Source: an uncultured Ectothiorhodospiraceae bacterium
GTDB taxonomy: Bacteria > Pseudomonadota > Gammaproteobacteria > JAABTG01
Direction: 5' to 3'
NCBI GenBank assembly: GCA_964439835.1
Contig: CAYTPQ010000001.1
Coordinates: forward strand, 84,120-148,119
DNA: 64,000 bases
Part shown: positions 27,371 through 36,907 of the stretch, in pieces
Layout of the letters: each line of letters opens with the position of its first letter
Numbering within the stretch: position 1 is the stretch's first letter
The notes under the pieces: model-generated
Told to the model about the DNA's origin: nothing
Databases searched by the model: none
The model's input: the letters and a program-made list of their open reading frames with translations, nothing else
Translations under genes and position numbers: made by a program

Positions 27371-29325
27371 CTTTCAACCGGGGCGGCCGCTCCCCCGCCC
27401 CCCACCTGGAGCGCGAAGACGTTCACGACCTCGGCCTTGCCCTTGAGCTGCAGGCCGCCGACCGGGCGGACCGGGAAGGCGTCGCGCAGCCGGCGGACGG
27501 TGGACTCGGCGATCATCACCCGGCAGGGGCAGGTCGGGTCGTCGCTGGCGACCTCCTTGCCGTAGCTCTCCAGCCGCGCCGCGGTGTTCACCACGTCGCC
27601 GATGGTGGTGTACTTCATGCGCCGGGCGCTGCCGATGCAGCCCGCGACCACCGGGCCGGTGGCAATGCCGAGGCGCATCCGCACCATCGGCAGGCCCTGC
27701 TCGGCCCACACCGCGTTCATGCGGCCCATCTCGCGGGCCATGGCGAGGGCGCACTCCACCGCGTTGCGGGCGTCCTGCTCGATCTCCTCGTTGGTGGTGC
27801 GCACCACCGGCACGCCGAAGTTGGCCTTGATGGCGTCGCCGTAGTAGTCGTCGACCACCCCCCCATGGGCCATGACGAGCCCGGCCATAGTCTCCATGTA
27901 CTCGTTGAGCCAGTCCATCAGCCCCTCGGGCGTCAGGCGCTCGGCCACCGGGGTGAAGTTCTCCAGGTCCGAGAACAGCACCGTGACGATGTGGGTACGC
28001 GCCTCGATGCGTCCCCCGGCCAGGAACTTCTCGCGCTCGCGCCAGAGCTCCTCGGCGACGTCGGGGCTCACCTGCTTGGCGAAGATGTCCATCAGGAAGC
28101 GCCGCTCCGAGCGCTCGAAGCCCGAGATGTACGCCACCACCAGGGTCGCCGAGGCGAACATGGCCATCGCCGCCGGGACGATCGGCAGCCACCACCCGTA
28201 GAGGAAAGCGCCGAAGGTCAGGGCCGTGAGCGCGAGCCAGGCGGGCGGGGCGACGATGGCGAACCGCCCGAGCGATCGGACCAGCAGCGCGAGGCCGGCC
28301 CCGAGCACGCTCCAGAAGAAGATCCAAGCGTACTCCAGGGGCTCGGACAGGAACCGTGGCGGCCGGTCCCCGTCCATCGCCATGCGCAGCAGCTGGCTGG
28401 TCGCGTGGGCGTGCAGGAACACCCCCGGGACGTTGGCGATGCCGCCGGCGCCCCGGCTGTAGGGCGTGAGGAAAAGGTCCTTCACGCTGTCGGCAGCAAC
28501 GCCGATCAGCACGATGCGGTCACGGAGCGCGCCCTCCGGTACCCGGCCCTCCAGCAGCTCGGTCAGGGTGTGGGACTCGAAGGGCTTGGCGCCGCCCTTG
28601 TAGTCCAGCAGGAACTGGTAGCCCGCGGCGTCCGCCCCCGAGTAGCCTCCGTCGTGGGACTCCAGCGGCACCAGAGTCACCTGGCCGAGGCGAAGGTAGG
28701 TCGGGTCCGGCTCACCGGGCTGGGGCGAGACGCCCTCCCGCGCGAGGTAGAGCAGTGCCAGGCGCAGGGAGAGGGAGTAGCCGACCCGCTCGCCGTCGTC
28801 CAGGAACAGCAACCCCCGGCGTACCGCGCCGCCCGGGTCGAGCACCAGGTCGGCGAACCCCACCTGCTCGCTGCCGACCAGCACCGAGGGCGGCGGCACG
28901 ATCGCCCCGCCCACCGCCCGGAACTTCTCGATCGCGACGATGTTCGGGCGCGCGGTCAGCAGGGCCTCGAAGCGCTCGGTCCCCGGGGCCACGGCCAGGT
29001 CCCGGTAGAGGTCGAACCCGACCGCCCGCGGCTCGCCGCGCAGGATGGCCTCCAGCACGTCCGCCAGCATGGCGTCGCTCAAGGGCCACTGACCGAGCCG
29101 GTGGATGTCCTCGTCGGTGGCCCGGATGACCGCGACCCGCCGGTCCTGCCAGCCGTGCTCGGGCCGCAGCCGCAGGTAGGCGTCGTAGGCCGCCAGCTCC
29201 ATCGCCTGCAGGTACCCGAGCGCCCGCAACCCCGCCACCACCAGGAACACGGAGAGCGCCACCCCGATGCTGACCACCCCGGGCTGGCGAAAGATCTTCG
29301 GCACGCGTTGCGATAACGGGGACAT
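27364..29325 (-). CDS. CHASE2 sensor domain fused to a class III adenylate/guanylate cyclase (membrane-anchored).
   Basis: N-terminal TM, CHASE2-like periplasmic region, 3 TM helices, then cyclase-homology-domain motifs (VTVLFSDLENFTPVAERL, GDAIKANFG, GIATGPVVAG). Confidence 0.85.
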   Translation of the reverse strand: MSPLSQRVPKIFRQPGVVSIGVALSVFLVVAGLRALGYLQAMELAAYDAYLRLRPEHGWQDRRVAVIRATDEDIHRLGQWPLSDAMLADVLEAILRGEPRAVGFDLYRDLAVAPGTERFEALLTARPNIVAIEKFRAVGGAIVPPPSVLVGSEQVGFADLVLDPGGAVRRGLLFLDDGERVGYSLSLRLALLYLAREGVSPQPGEPDPTYLRLGQVTLVPLESHDGGYSGADAAGYQFLLDYKGGAKPFESHTLTELLEGRVPEGALRDRIVLIGVAADSVKDLFLTPYSRGAGGIANVPGVFLHAHATSQLLRMAMDGDRPPRFLSEPLEYAWIFFWSVLGAGLALLVRSLGRFAIVAPPAWLALTALTFGAFLYGWWLPIVPAAMAMFASATLVVAYISGFERSERRFLMDIFAKQVSPDVAEELWREREKFLAGGRIEARTHIVTVLFSDLENFTPVAERLTPEGLMDWLNEYMETMAGLVMAHGGVVDDYYGDAIKANFGVPVVRTTNEEIEQDARNAVECALAMAREMGRMNAVWAEQGLPMVRMRLGIATGPVVAGCIGSARRMKYTTIGDVVNTAARLESYGKEVASDDPTCPCRVMIAESTVRRLRDAFPVRPVGGLQLKGKAEVVNVFALQVGGGGAAAPVESP

Positions 29326-29539
29326 TCTGGTTTTCCTGCAGACCGCCCGGGGACTGGGCTCCAGGGGGCTCGCCGAGGGCGCATTGTCTGGCCTCGGCGC
29401 GGGGAAAACCAGGCGGCCGCGGCCTGACGGGTCAACGACCAGTGGCGCGTCTGCTTCGTGTGGCGCAAGGGATCAGTTGGGACTGATCCTGGCGACGTTC
29501 CCACGGACGGAGCCTCAGGGCAGTCGCATACCCCGGATG

Positions 29540-29896
29540 TCAACCCCCCGACTGCCGCAGACGCGCGAGGTCGAACGACAGCTGCTTGTGGTGCTTGACG
29601 GCGAGGAGGTAGACCGCCCGCTGGAGGACGGCGTAGAGGATGAGGTAGTCGCCGGCGAGATACTCGCGCAGCTCGCCGGGGCCGAGTTGCTCGGCCAAGC
29701 GACGCGCGGCTTCCAGGCCCTCGGCCGAGCCCACCGCCCGGGCCAGAAAGGGGCGCCCCAAGCCGGGGTGGCGCTCGAGATTCGGGACGACGTTGTCGAC
29801 CAGCTCGTCCAGGAGGTCGGCGTAGGCGCCTGGCGCCTCGCGCTCTGCCCAGTACGCCTCCAGCGCGCCGAGATTGGCCTCGAAGTTCGCCGTCAT
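29540..29896 (-). CDS. parE: ParE/RelE-family toxin.
   Basis: C-terminal GDYLILYAV...VYLLAVKHHKQLSFD is ParE-like. The ATG (MTANFE) lies inside the longer ORF 29540-29929. Confidence 0.7.
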   Translation of the reverse strand: MTANFEANLGALEAYWAEREAPGAYADLLDELVDNVVPNLERHPGLGRPFLARAVGSAEGLEAARRLAEQLGPGELREYLAGDYLILYAVLQRAVYLLAVKHHKQLSFDLARLRQSGG

Positions 29897-29947
29897 CCGC
29901 ACCGGTGTCGGCGAGCGCTCTGCGCACACGTCCGGACGCCCCCCGGA

Positions 29948-30244
29948 TTAACGCTGTTTCCCCCGCCGTCGCTTCAGCTCGCCCAGGGCCTCCCGCGCGT
30001 CGCGCGTGCGCCCCGCGGCCACGTCGGCCAACCCCTTCGCCGCCTCCTCCAGGAGCACGAGGTGGATCCGTTCCCGCTCCAGGCGGTGGTAGTAATCGAG
30101 GCGCTCGGCGTCGATGAGCGCGACGTAGCTCTCCCCGTTCCTGGTGATGATCTTCTCGGCCCCCGCCTTCACCTCCTCGGCCAGCTCTGAGAGCCGAGCC
30201 CGAGCCTGGGTGAGCGGAACGACGTCTCTGGCAGTGATGGCCAT
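29948..30244 (-). CDS. Phd/YefM-family antitoxin.
   Basis: N-terminal ARDVVPLTQARARLSELAEEVKAGAEKIITRNGESYVALI is the Phd/YefM fold. It lies immediately upstream of the ParE-like toxin on the same strand. Confidence 0.75.
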   Translation of the reverse strand: MAITARDVVPLTQARARLSELAEEVKAGAEKIITRNGESYVALIDAERLDYYHRLERERIHLVLLEEAAKGLADVAAGRTRDAREALGELKRRRGKQR

Positions 30245-30404
30245 TGGGCGGCACTCAACCTAAGGAGTACAGAATTCAGTGCAGAATAGAGGCGCGACGT
30301 CGGCGGCGTCAATTGTGTGAGGGCCCATGGGCGCCCCCATGGATCGCGAGGGCGGGGGGTTCCGCGCATCGGAGCACATCACTAATTGTGATACACTCTC
30401 GGCT

Positions 30405-30662
30405 GTGTACCAGGTCGAGTACCTGCGGACTGCGCAGAAGGCGCTTCGGCGAATGCCCGCCGACGTGGCAAGGCGGTTCCTGGATGCGCTTGACCGGCTT
30501 GCGATCGACCTCGCGTCGCCGGGGCTGGACGTCAGGCCTCTGCGTGGACGCCCGGGGTGGCGATTGCGGATCGGCAGTTGGCGAGCCGTGTACCGGGTCG
30601 AAGAAGGGAGGCTTCTCATCCTTGTGCTGGACGTCGGGTCGCGGGGAGGCATTTATAAATGA
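30405..30662 (+). CDS. RelE/HigB-like mRNA-interferase toxin (toxin-first arrangement).
   Basis: RPLRGRPGWRLRIGSWRAVYRVEEGRLLILVLDVGSRG is the RelE/ParE superfamily C-terminus. The start is ambiguous: GTG 30405, or ATG 30327 / 30339. Confidence 0.65.
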   Translation: MYQVEYLRTAQKALRRMPADVARRFLDALDRLAIDLASPGLDVRPLRGRPGWRLRIGSWRAVYRVEEGRLLILVLDVGSRGGIYK

Positions 30663-31036
30663 GTGAGCGCGTGCAGGTCATCGAGCGCGACGGTGTCCCC
30701 GAGTGGGCGGTCGTGCCTTACGAGGAGTATCAGCGGCTGGTGGCACTGGCGGAGGAGGCCGCGGAGGTCCGGGCCTACGACGAGGCGATGGGCCGGGCGC
30801 AAGCCGGGGAGGAGCGGGTTCCCGCCCGGCTGGCTCGCCGACTCGTCGAGGGCGAGAACCCGATCCGCGCCTGGCGCGAGCACCGTGGTCTCACCCAGGC
30901 GCAGCTCGCCGAGCGGGCCGGAGTCGGCCAGTCCTACGTGGCCATGCTCGAGGCCGGAGAGCGCAAGGGGTCCGTGACGCGGCTGCGGGCCCTTGCCCGC
31001 GCCCTCGGAGTCGAGCTGGACGACCTCGCCCAGTAG
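30659..31036 (+). CDS. HigA-like antitoxin with an HTH_XRE domain.
   Basis: Overlaps the toxin stop. The C-terminal half (WREHRGLTQAQLAERAGVGQSYVAMLEAGER) is an XRE-type helix-turn-helix. Confidence 0.75.
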   Translation: MSERVQVIERDGVPEWAVVPYEEYQRLVALAEEAAEVRAYDEAMGRAQAGEERVPARLARRLVEGENPIRAWREHRGLTQAQLAERAGVGQSYVAMLEAGERKGSVTRLRALARALGVELDDLAQ

Positions 31037-31146
31037 GGATCGATGGTGTCTGACCCCATTGATCGGGGCAGGCGCAGGACCGGGTGGGCGCGGCGCGCCC
31101 GCGGCGCGATTTGCGGAGCCCCCTGGGCGGGGCTAACCTGCCAGGT

Positions 31147-31365
31147 ATGATGGACTGGTCCTCTTGCCCCGAGGTCGAGCGCGACCCGGACCGATTGGGT
31201 GGCGCGTGGGTCTTTCGCGGTACTCGTGTACCGGTTGCGGCGCTGTTCGAAAACCTCGAGGACGGCGCTCAGCTCCAGGACTTCATCGACTGGTTCCCGG
31301 GCGTGACGCTGTCCCAGGCGCGCGCGGTGCTGGAGCACGCCGCGCGCTCGCTGGACGCCGCCTGA
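31147..31365 (+). CDS. DUF433-domain protein (putative antitoxin-like partner).
   Basis: SCPEVERDPDRLGGAWVFRGTRVPVAALFENLEDGAQLQDFIDWFPGVTLSQ matches the DUF433 consensus. Confidence 0.6.
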   Translation: MMDWSSCPEVERDPDRLGGAWVFRGTRVPVAALFENLEDGAQLQDFIDWFPGVTLSQARAVLEHAARSLDAA

Positions 31366-31686
31366 GTGTTGATCCTGTTCCACCAGGGTGTCCCGGCACC
31401 CCTGCGTCGCTCGCTGGTCGGTCACGAAATCAGGACCGCTTTCGAGATGGGTTGGTCGACCCTGGCCAACGGCGACCTGCTGGCCCAGGCAGAGTCGCAC
31501 GGATTCAACGTCCTCGTGACCACCGACCGCAATCTCGGGCATCAGCAGAACCTGAGCCAGCGATGCATTGCCATCCTCGCGCTCTCCACGACCAGCTGGC
31601 CCCGCATCCAGCGCACGACGGCCGTGATCTTGGAGGCCCTCAGCGGCTTGCAGGCGGGGGCATACGTCGAAGTCGAGGTCCCGTAA
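31366..31686 (+). CDS. DUF5615 (PIN-like) protein paired with DUF433.
   Basis: GTG start overlapping the DUF433 stop (TGAGTG). 106 aa with the small PIN-like pattern seen in DUF433/DUF5615 pairs. Confidence 0.6.
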   Translation: MLILFHQGVPAPLRRSLVGHEIRTAFEMGWSTLANGDLLAQAESHGFNVLVTTDRNLGHQQNLSQRCIAILALSTTSWPRIQRTTAVILEALSGLQAGAYVEVEVP

Positions 31687-31760
31687 TTGCTCTCATGCGG
31701 ATTGGCGGCTGTCGCGCCATTTCACCGTGACTAATGGAGTCTGCCCCCCCTTGAAAGCCA

Positions 31761-31800
31761 CGGAATCCCTTCGTCGTCGCCGACCCGCTGGCGGAGTAGC
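31761..31800 (+). pseudogene. Remnant of the 3' end of a second vapC copy.
   Basis: A 40-bp near-identical duplicate of the last codons of vapC (32799-32838): GGAATCCCTTCGTCGTCGCCGACCCGCTGGCGGAGTAG. It is followed by the same 28-bp hairpin repeat. Confidence 0.5.
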
Positions 31801-32109
31801 GGTGATCGATGGTGTCTGACCCTATTGATCGTGGCCCGGGGCGAGGCGCGGTTTCAACCGGCGGGGGGATCATGCCGCGGCCTCGCCAAGGGTCAGATTG
31901 ACTGATATCTCATCCCACGGGACCAGCACCTGGCCCCGCTCGTTCCTCGCCACCAGGTCATGGGCCATCAGGCGATGGACGTCCCGGTAGACGTTGCTGG
32001 GGAAAAGGGGTCGAACTGGATTTCTAGTGTTGCGCTGCCCCCAGGTTCCTGTCTTGGGGGCAAGAAAGTCAGTTCGACCCCTTTTTCCTTCCGCCGCCTT
32101 GACGCCTCG

Positions 32110-32127
32110 ATGTAGGACATCCTACAT
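32110..32127. promoter_or_regulatory. Perfect 18-bp palindrome ATGTAGGACATCCTACAT about 30 nt upstream of vapB; a putative autoregulatory operator.
   Basis: Perfect dyad symmetry, positioned between a putative promoter and the vapB RBS (GAGAGGAGGGG). Confidence 0.4.
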
Positions 32128-32156
32128 TTCGGCGGTCGTGAGAGGAGGGGACGCTC

Positions 32157-32405
32157 ATGCAGCAGCGCATCAGCTTGAGAGAGGCCAACCAGCACCTGTC
32201 GCGGTACGTGGAGTCCGTGGAGCGAGGCGACGAGGTCGTCATCACCCGGCGCGGGGTACCGGTCGCGCGGCTCGTCCCCTACCAGCCCACCCGGGGTCTC
32301 ACCCCCCAGCAGTTCGAGGCACGAGCGCGGACCCGCGAGCGGCTGGAGCGGGGCTTCCACCTGGGCGACGAGCGTCCGAGCCGGGACGACCTCCATGAGC
32401 GATGA
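32157..32405 (+). CDS. vapB: VapB antitoxin (Phd/YefM-type fold).
   Basis: 82 aa. N-terminal SLREANQHLSRYVESVERGDEVVITRRGVPVARLVP. The stop overlaps the vapC start. Confidence 0.7.
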   Translation: MQQRISLREANQHLSRYVESVERGDEVVITRRGVPVARLVPYQPTRGLTPQQFEARARTRERLERGFHLGDERPSRDDLHER

Positions 32406-32832
32406 GCGCTTTACGCTCGACACCAACGTGCTCGTGTACGCGGTCGATGCCGACGCCGGCGAGCGCCACGCGCAGGCGCGGGAGCTGGTCGACCGCGCTG
32501 TCGAGGCGGACTGCGTGCTGACGCTGCAGGCCCTCGGCGAGTTCTTTCACGCCGTGACCCGCAAGGGACGCATGCCGGTGGCCGATGCCGCCGATCAGGT
32601 GCGCGACTGGCAGACCCTCTTTCCGGTGGTCGCGGCCCGGACGGAAGACCTCGACCGGGCCATGACGGCGGTCCTGCGCCACGGACTCGCCTTCTGGAAC
32701 GCGATGCTCTGGGCCACCGCGAAGGCGGCGGGCGTCACCGTGCTCCTGTCCGAGGACTTCCAGCACGACCGCGAGCTGGAGGGCGTCCGCTTCCGGAATC
32801 CCTTCGTCGTCGCCGACCCGCTGGCGGAGTAG
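32395..32832 (+). CDS. vapC: VapC PIN-domain ribonuclease toxin.
   Basis: N-terminal FTLDTNVLVYAVD PIN motif with conserved acidic residues. 145 aa. Confidence 0.8.
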   Translation: MSDERFTLDTNVLVYAVDADAGERHAQARELVDRAVEADCVLTLQALGEFFHAVTRKGRMPVADAADQVRDWQTLFPVVAARTEDLDRAMTAVLRHGLAFWNAMLWATAKAAGVTVLLSEDFQHDRELEGVRFRNPFVVADPLAE

Positions 32833-34029
32833 CGGTGATCGATGGTGTCTGACCATTGATCGCTAGTCGGTAGCCGAGCTCGCCGGCGTCCCGAAGGCGG
32901 TCCTCGGCGAGCGAGTCGCCTCGCTGGCCGACCGGCGGGCCGAGGTCACGGCTGCCATGGACCTGCTGCTGCTCGGGATCTGAGGGGAGCCCTTCCAGCA
33001 GGCGCCCCTATCAGGCCCGGGCGCAGGCCCGGCCCGATCAGGTTGCTGATTCGGCCGTCTGATCCATGGCGTCTGACCCCCTTGAAAGCCAGCCTCGCGC
33101 GGCGGCCGCGCACCTAAGGTCCTCGGGTCGAACGTATGCTCTACAAGGGCGACGACTTCGCGCGGACCGACATCGCGGGCGTGGAGGCGTCGGGGGGCAG
33201 GTGAGGCGTTGAGCTGCCCGCGGAGCACGCGTCTCGCAGCCAGCAGGCCCCCTGCGTGACGCTCCGGCGGCGACGACCCTGAGACACGCATCGGGTCTGC
33301 CCTACTGAGCGACTCTCCTCTCCGGTCTCCCGGCGCACCCCCATTGATCCGCACGGGGGCTGATTTTGGCGTGTCGTCATTAATCCGGAAGAAATGACGA
33401 CATGGTTTCCACCGTCTCGTACACGAGGCTGCACCACGATGGCGCAAAGGGCCGGTGGCATCGTCGATCCGGTGCGCGACTGGCGGGCCACGCCCTGCAT
33501 CTGCTTCACAGCCCCTCGGACTGGCTCGCGGCCATGTCCTGAACGAAGGCATGGCTCTGATTTCCCTACATATCCCACAGGGTCTCCTCGGCCCAGCCCA
33601 GTGACACGCCCGAGCTCCGGCGAAGCCGGCGTGTACCCGTGACCTGCGACCCGCCTCCACGGGCCCCGTCGGAACTCCTTACAACTGCAACGGCGGACTC
33701 CTGCGAGCGCGTGAGCCAACCCTATGAGCCGGCAGGGGATACAGGATGTGGCTCGATTCATGCTGGTTGACTTACATCAATTCTTAAGCTATTCCCGGTC
33801 TGTGAGTTGGGTTTTTGACAGGGGCGTGAGTTTCGAGGAAGGGCGCTGGGGAGCGGAAGGAGAGGTCGGCCGTCTCCGCTGGCCCGGGTGAGGCAGCGGC
33901 GCCCGCCTTCGGATCGAGCAGTGGGGGACCTCGTTACTGGCGTCCCAGTGCCGCCCTGAGGAATTCCACGCCTCGCGTGGGGCCCCTTCCGTCTGATTGA
34001 CCACACGGCGCGAGCGCAGAGGTGAGTGG

Positions 34030-35193
34030 ATGAGAGCAAGAACAAAGGGCACCGCCGGCGCGCTCGTTGCGGCATTGTCACTGGCGCTGACGGTGGATGC
34101 GCAGGCGCAGAGAACGGGTACCCGCACCACCACTACGACGTCGCCGACGACGTCGATTAACCCGTACTCCGATCCCTGGCTCGCGACCATCTATGGCGAG
34201 ACCACGTACAGCTTCACGTATGTTGAAGCTCCGCCCAGCAGTGGCCTAATCAACCTACTCAGCTCCAGTTGGTCCGGGGTGGGTTCTCTGTTGCCGGTCC
34301 TCCTCAATGCCAAGCTTTCGGTCACGGGCTCAGGTCTCACAAGTGATTGGACAGAAATTCCAGGACCGAACGGAGAGCCTTGTGGAGGAGAGAATGGGAA
34401 CTGTCGGACCGAGCTAAACGTGCCCGTCGACTTCCACTTCAACTACACAAATGGTTACGGTGTCACCGGAGACCTATACGACCTCCTGACCGGCAACTCC
34501 ACTTCCGACACCAGCGGTTACGTCTTCGAGTGGCGAGACGACGGATTGCTGTTCAACACAGTAGATATCCCATTAACCCTCCAGATCCCCTTCATCGGCC
34601 CAACAACACTGCTCCCTGCATCCGAGGGAAGTGGTCAGATGGTGGAGCAGGTGGGAGCGGGAACCAGCCAACCGAATCGCGAGGTCCTTGGCTTCGTGGA
34701 GGACAGCGCTTTCGTGGGAGACTGCAAGATTGGTGATCCGAAATTGTACGCCTGCATCCTCGACCTCTATGCGACTCCGGGCGAGGACGGTCTTCTGCTT
34801 CGCCTGTTCTGCCCCGACTGGCCCGACGTGACAACGTGCTTCAGCGACAACAGCCCGACGTACGGCGGCGCTTCCCTGCTGTCCACTGCGAGTGTCGCCC
34901 CCGCCTCCACCAACGGAACGATCCTCCCGGGACTCGGGCTGGGCATCTTCCGCCTGAGCCCGGAGGACTGTCTCACGGAGCACCCAAACGACGCGTCCCT
35001 GTGCGAAGAGGCGACGTTGACCGAGAACGCCATCGCGCTCGGCGAGCAGTTCGGCAACCGGGGCGGCATCGTCGTGTTCAACGCGGCCACGGAAGCGCCC
35101 GAGCCCGCGAGCCTGGCGCTGCTGGGCGTCGGTCTGGCCGGGATGGGCTTGATGCGGCAGCGCGTGCGGCGTCGCCGGCCAGCGGCGCACTGA
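34030..35193 (+). CDS. Secreted PEP-CTERM sorting-domain protein (paralog 1).
   Basis: Signal peptide. A Thr-rich stretch (TGTRTTTTTSPTTSINPYSDPW). C-terminal PEPASLALLGVGLAGMGLMRQRVRRRR is a PEP motif, then a TM helix and an Arg cluster. GC is lower than in flanking genes. Confidence 0.75.
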   Translation: MRARTKGTAGALVAALSLALTVDAQAQRTGTRTTTTTSPTTSINPYSDPWLATIYGETTYSFTYVEAPPSSGLINLLSSSWSGVGSLLPVLLNAKLSVTGSGLTSDWTEIPGPNGEPCGGENGNCRTELNVPVDFHFNYTNGYGVTGDLYDLLTGNSTSDTSGYVFEWRDDGLLFNTVDIPLTLQIPFIGPTTLLPASEGSGQMVEQVGAGTSQPNREVLGFVEDSAFVGDCKIGDPKLYACILDLYATPGEDGLLLRLFCPDWPDVTTCFSDNSPTYGGASLLSTASVAPASTNGTILPGLGLGIFRLSPEDCLTEHPNDASLCEEATLTENAIALGEQFGNRGGIVVFNAATEAPEPASLALLGVGLAGMGLMRQRVRRRRPAAH

Positions 35194-35313
35194 GGCCCGA
35201 GAGCAGGCAGACTGCTCGGCCGGTCGCAAAGACCCCCGGCGAACAGAGATGCCGGGGCGCGCGCAAGTCTGCCGGGAAGCCGGTGGGTCGGTTTTGCGCC
35301 TCTCGACCCCCCC

Positions 35314-36507
35314 TTACGCCAGCAACTCCTCGCAGCGCGACACGATGGCCTCCAGCGCGGCGCCAGGCTCGTAGTCGGCGTGCCGGGCAGCGAATTGTTG
35401 GGCCGCCGCGCGGAAGGAGGCCTCCCCGGTCAGGCGATTCAGGGCCTCGCGGATGTCTGCCTGTCCCACCGGCTCGACCAAGACGAGGCCGGCGCCTAGC
35501 CGCTGAACGTTCAGGGCCGTGATCAGCTGCTCGGCGTGCATGGGGACGGACAGGATCGGAACGCCGGCTAACAGGGCTTGGGAGACGGTCCCCAACCCCG
35601 CGTAGCCGACGAAGAGGTCCACCTGCCCAAGAGCGGCACTCAGGTCGACGGGGTCCGGGGAGAGCGTGACGTTGCGCCCCGACCATCGCTTGCGAAACCT
35701 GGGCGTAACGTCTGGCACGAACACCAGCGCCCGCAGGTCCGCCTCCTGCAAGGCGGCGAGGAGGTTCTCCAGGCCCGGCGTCTCCTTCCGCAGGTACCCG
35801 AAAACCCTGGCGCCCCCACCCCGGGGCCACGCGGGCGGTATGCCCTTCAGCCCGCCAATCAGCGGGTCCCAGTAGCGCTGGCCGGTGCGGCCGGGGTAGT
35901 GGTCGAGCTCCGGAAACGTGCAGAGAAAATCCTCCGCCACGTCGAAGAGGTCGGCGAGCCGTCCGAGCCCGGCCAGACCGATCACCGACAACGTGCGGTT
36001 CACCGTGTCGAGCGCCAGACGCTCGCTGTAGGCCAGGCGGACAATCGGTACCGGCTCCCACGTCCGGAACGCAGGGATCGGCTCGGTCCGGGAGGGCGAG
36101 AAGAAGCCGTTGCCTTGCACCACGACCGGGATCGCCAGGCTCCGCGCGGCCAGCTGTGCCGTGGGGGCGGAGTTGGCGATGAGCAGGTCGGGCCGTTGCT
36201 GCTCGAACAGGCGTCTCCAGCCCTGCACGGGACCGAGCAACGCCTCGGGGCTGTGGTAACCGGTGCGGAGCAGGATCTCCGCGAAGCTCGCGGGGGATCC
36301 CAAGCCCGCGGCGCCCGCGACGCCGAGCGGGGCCTGCAGGACGGTGAAGGACTCGCCGCGAAGGACGTTACTCGCGCGGGCCACTTCCCGTAGGGCCATG
36401 ACGACCCGGTGGCCGCGCGCGTGCAGGTCCCGGGCGAGGGGCAACATCTCCCCCACGTGTCCCAGGTTGCCACCGAGCTCCCAAGCGAAGAGTACGGTCT
36501 TCGTCAC
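35314..36507 (-). CDS. GT1-family glycosyltransferase (UDP-glycosyltransferase/MGT-like).
   Basis: 397 aa. N-terminal FAWELGGNLGHVGEMLPLARDLHARGH. C-terminal donor-binding region VGYAGLGTVSQALLAGVPILSVPMHAEQ (GT-B signature). Confidence 0.8.
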   Translation of the reverse strand: MTKTVLFAWELGGNLGHVGEMLPLARDLHARGHRVVMALREVARASNVLRGESFTVLQAPLGVAGAAGLGSPASFAEILLRTGYHSPEALLGPVQGWRRLFEQQRPDLLIANSAPTAQLAARSLAIPVVVQGNGFFSPSRTEPIPAFRTWEPVPIVRLAYSERLALDTVNRTLSVIGLAGLGRLADLFDVAEDFLCTFPELDHYPGRTGQRYWDPLIGGLKGIPPAWPRGGGARVFGYLRKETPGLENLLAALQEADLRALVFVPDVTPRFRKRWSGRNVTLSPDPVDLSAALGQVDLFVGYAGLGTVSQALLAGVPILSVPMHAEQLITALNVQRLGAGLVLVEPVGQADIREALNRLTGEASFRAAAQQFAARHADYEPGAALEAIVSRCEELLA

Positions 36508-36907
36508 GGGAGGGGCGAGAAGCCGGCAGGCACGGCGCGACGGGAAGCCTCAGGCACTGGCCTGGCCTGGCTGGACTCGGGCCGACGGGGCGAGGCGAGG
36601 CGAGGCGGAAAGACACCAGAGCTTCTTGATCGGGGCCGGAACCGAGTGGTGTGCCGAGCATACATGGAGCGGCGCCCCGGGGGCCGGAGTCTCTGCCAAC
36701 CGGAGCGTGCCGTGCCGGGGGACGCATATATCGGAAAGCTTTACAGTTGATGCAGGTTTAGGGGCGCTCTATCCACTCAACCCGCTGAAGGAAAGAGTAT
36801 TTCCTGTGTCGGCGCGAACTTTGCTTTCGGGTGGCATGGCCCTGCGCTTCGCGGAGGCCGCACGGCTCGCACGCATGTTATTCAAGTCGACTGGAGGGCC
36901 ACCCCCC

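Noticed and set aside
29540-33100. Chromosomal integron cassette array with the 28-bp repeat as attC.
   Set aside because: No intI or attI in the window. The 28-mer lacks the R''/L''-L'/R' core sites (RYYYAAC...GTTRRRY) and is shorter than typical attC sites. Kept only as a cassette-array-like observation.
32863-33660. Minus-strand ORFs 32863-33660 and 33141-33761 in the region between vapC and the PEP-CTERM locus.
   Set aside because: No RBS, no motifs, and they overlap each other. The region is better explained as non-coding leader and gene-remnant DNA. A possible 3' gene fragment at 32880-32980 (+) is too short to call.
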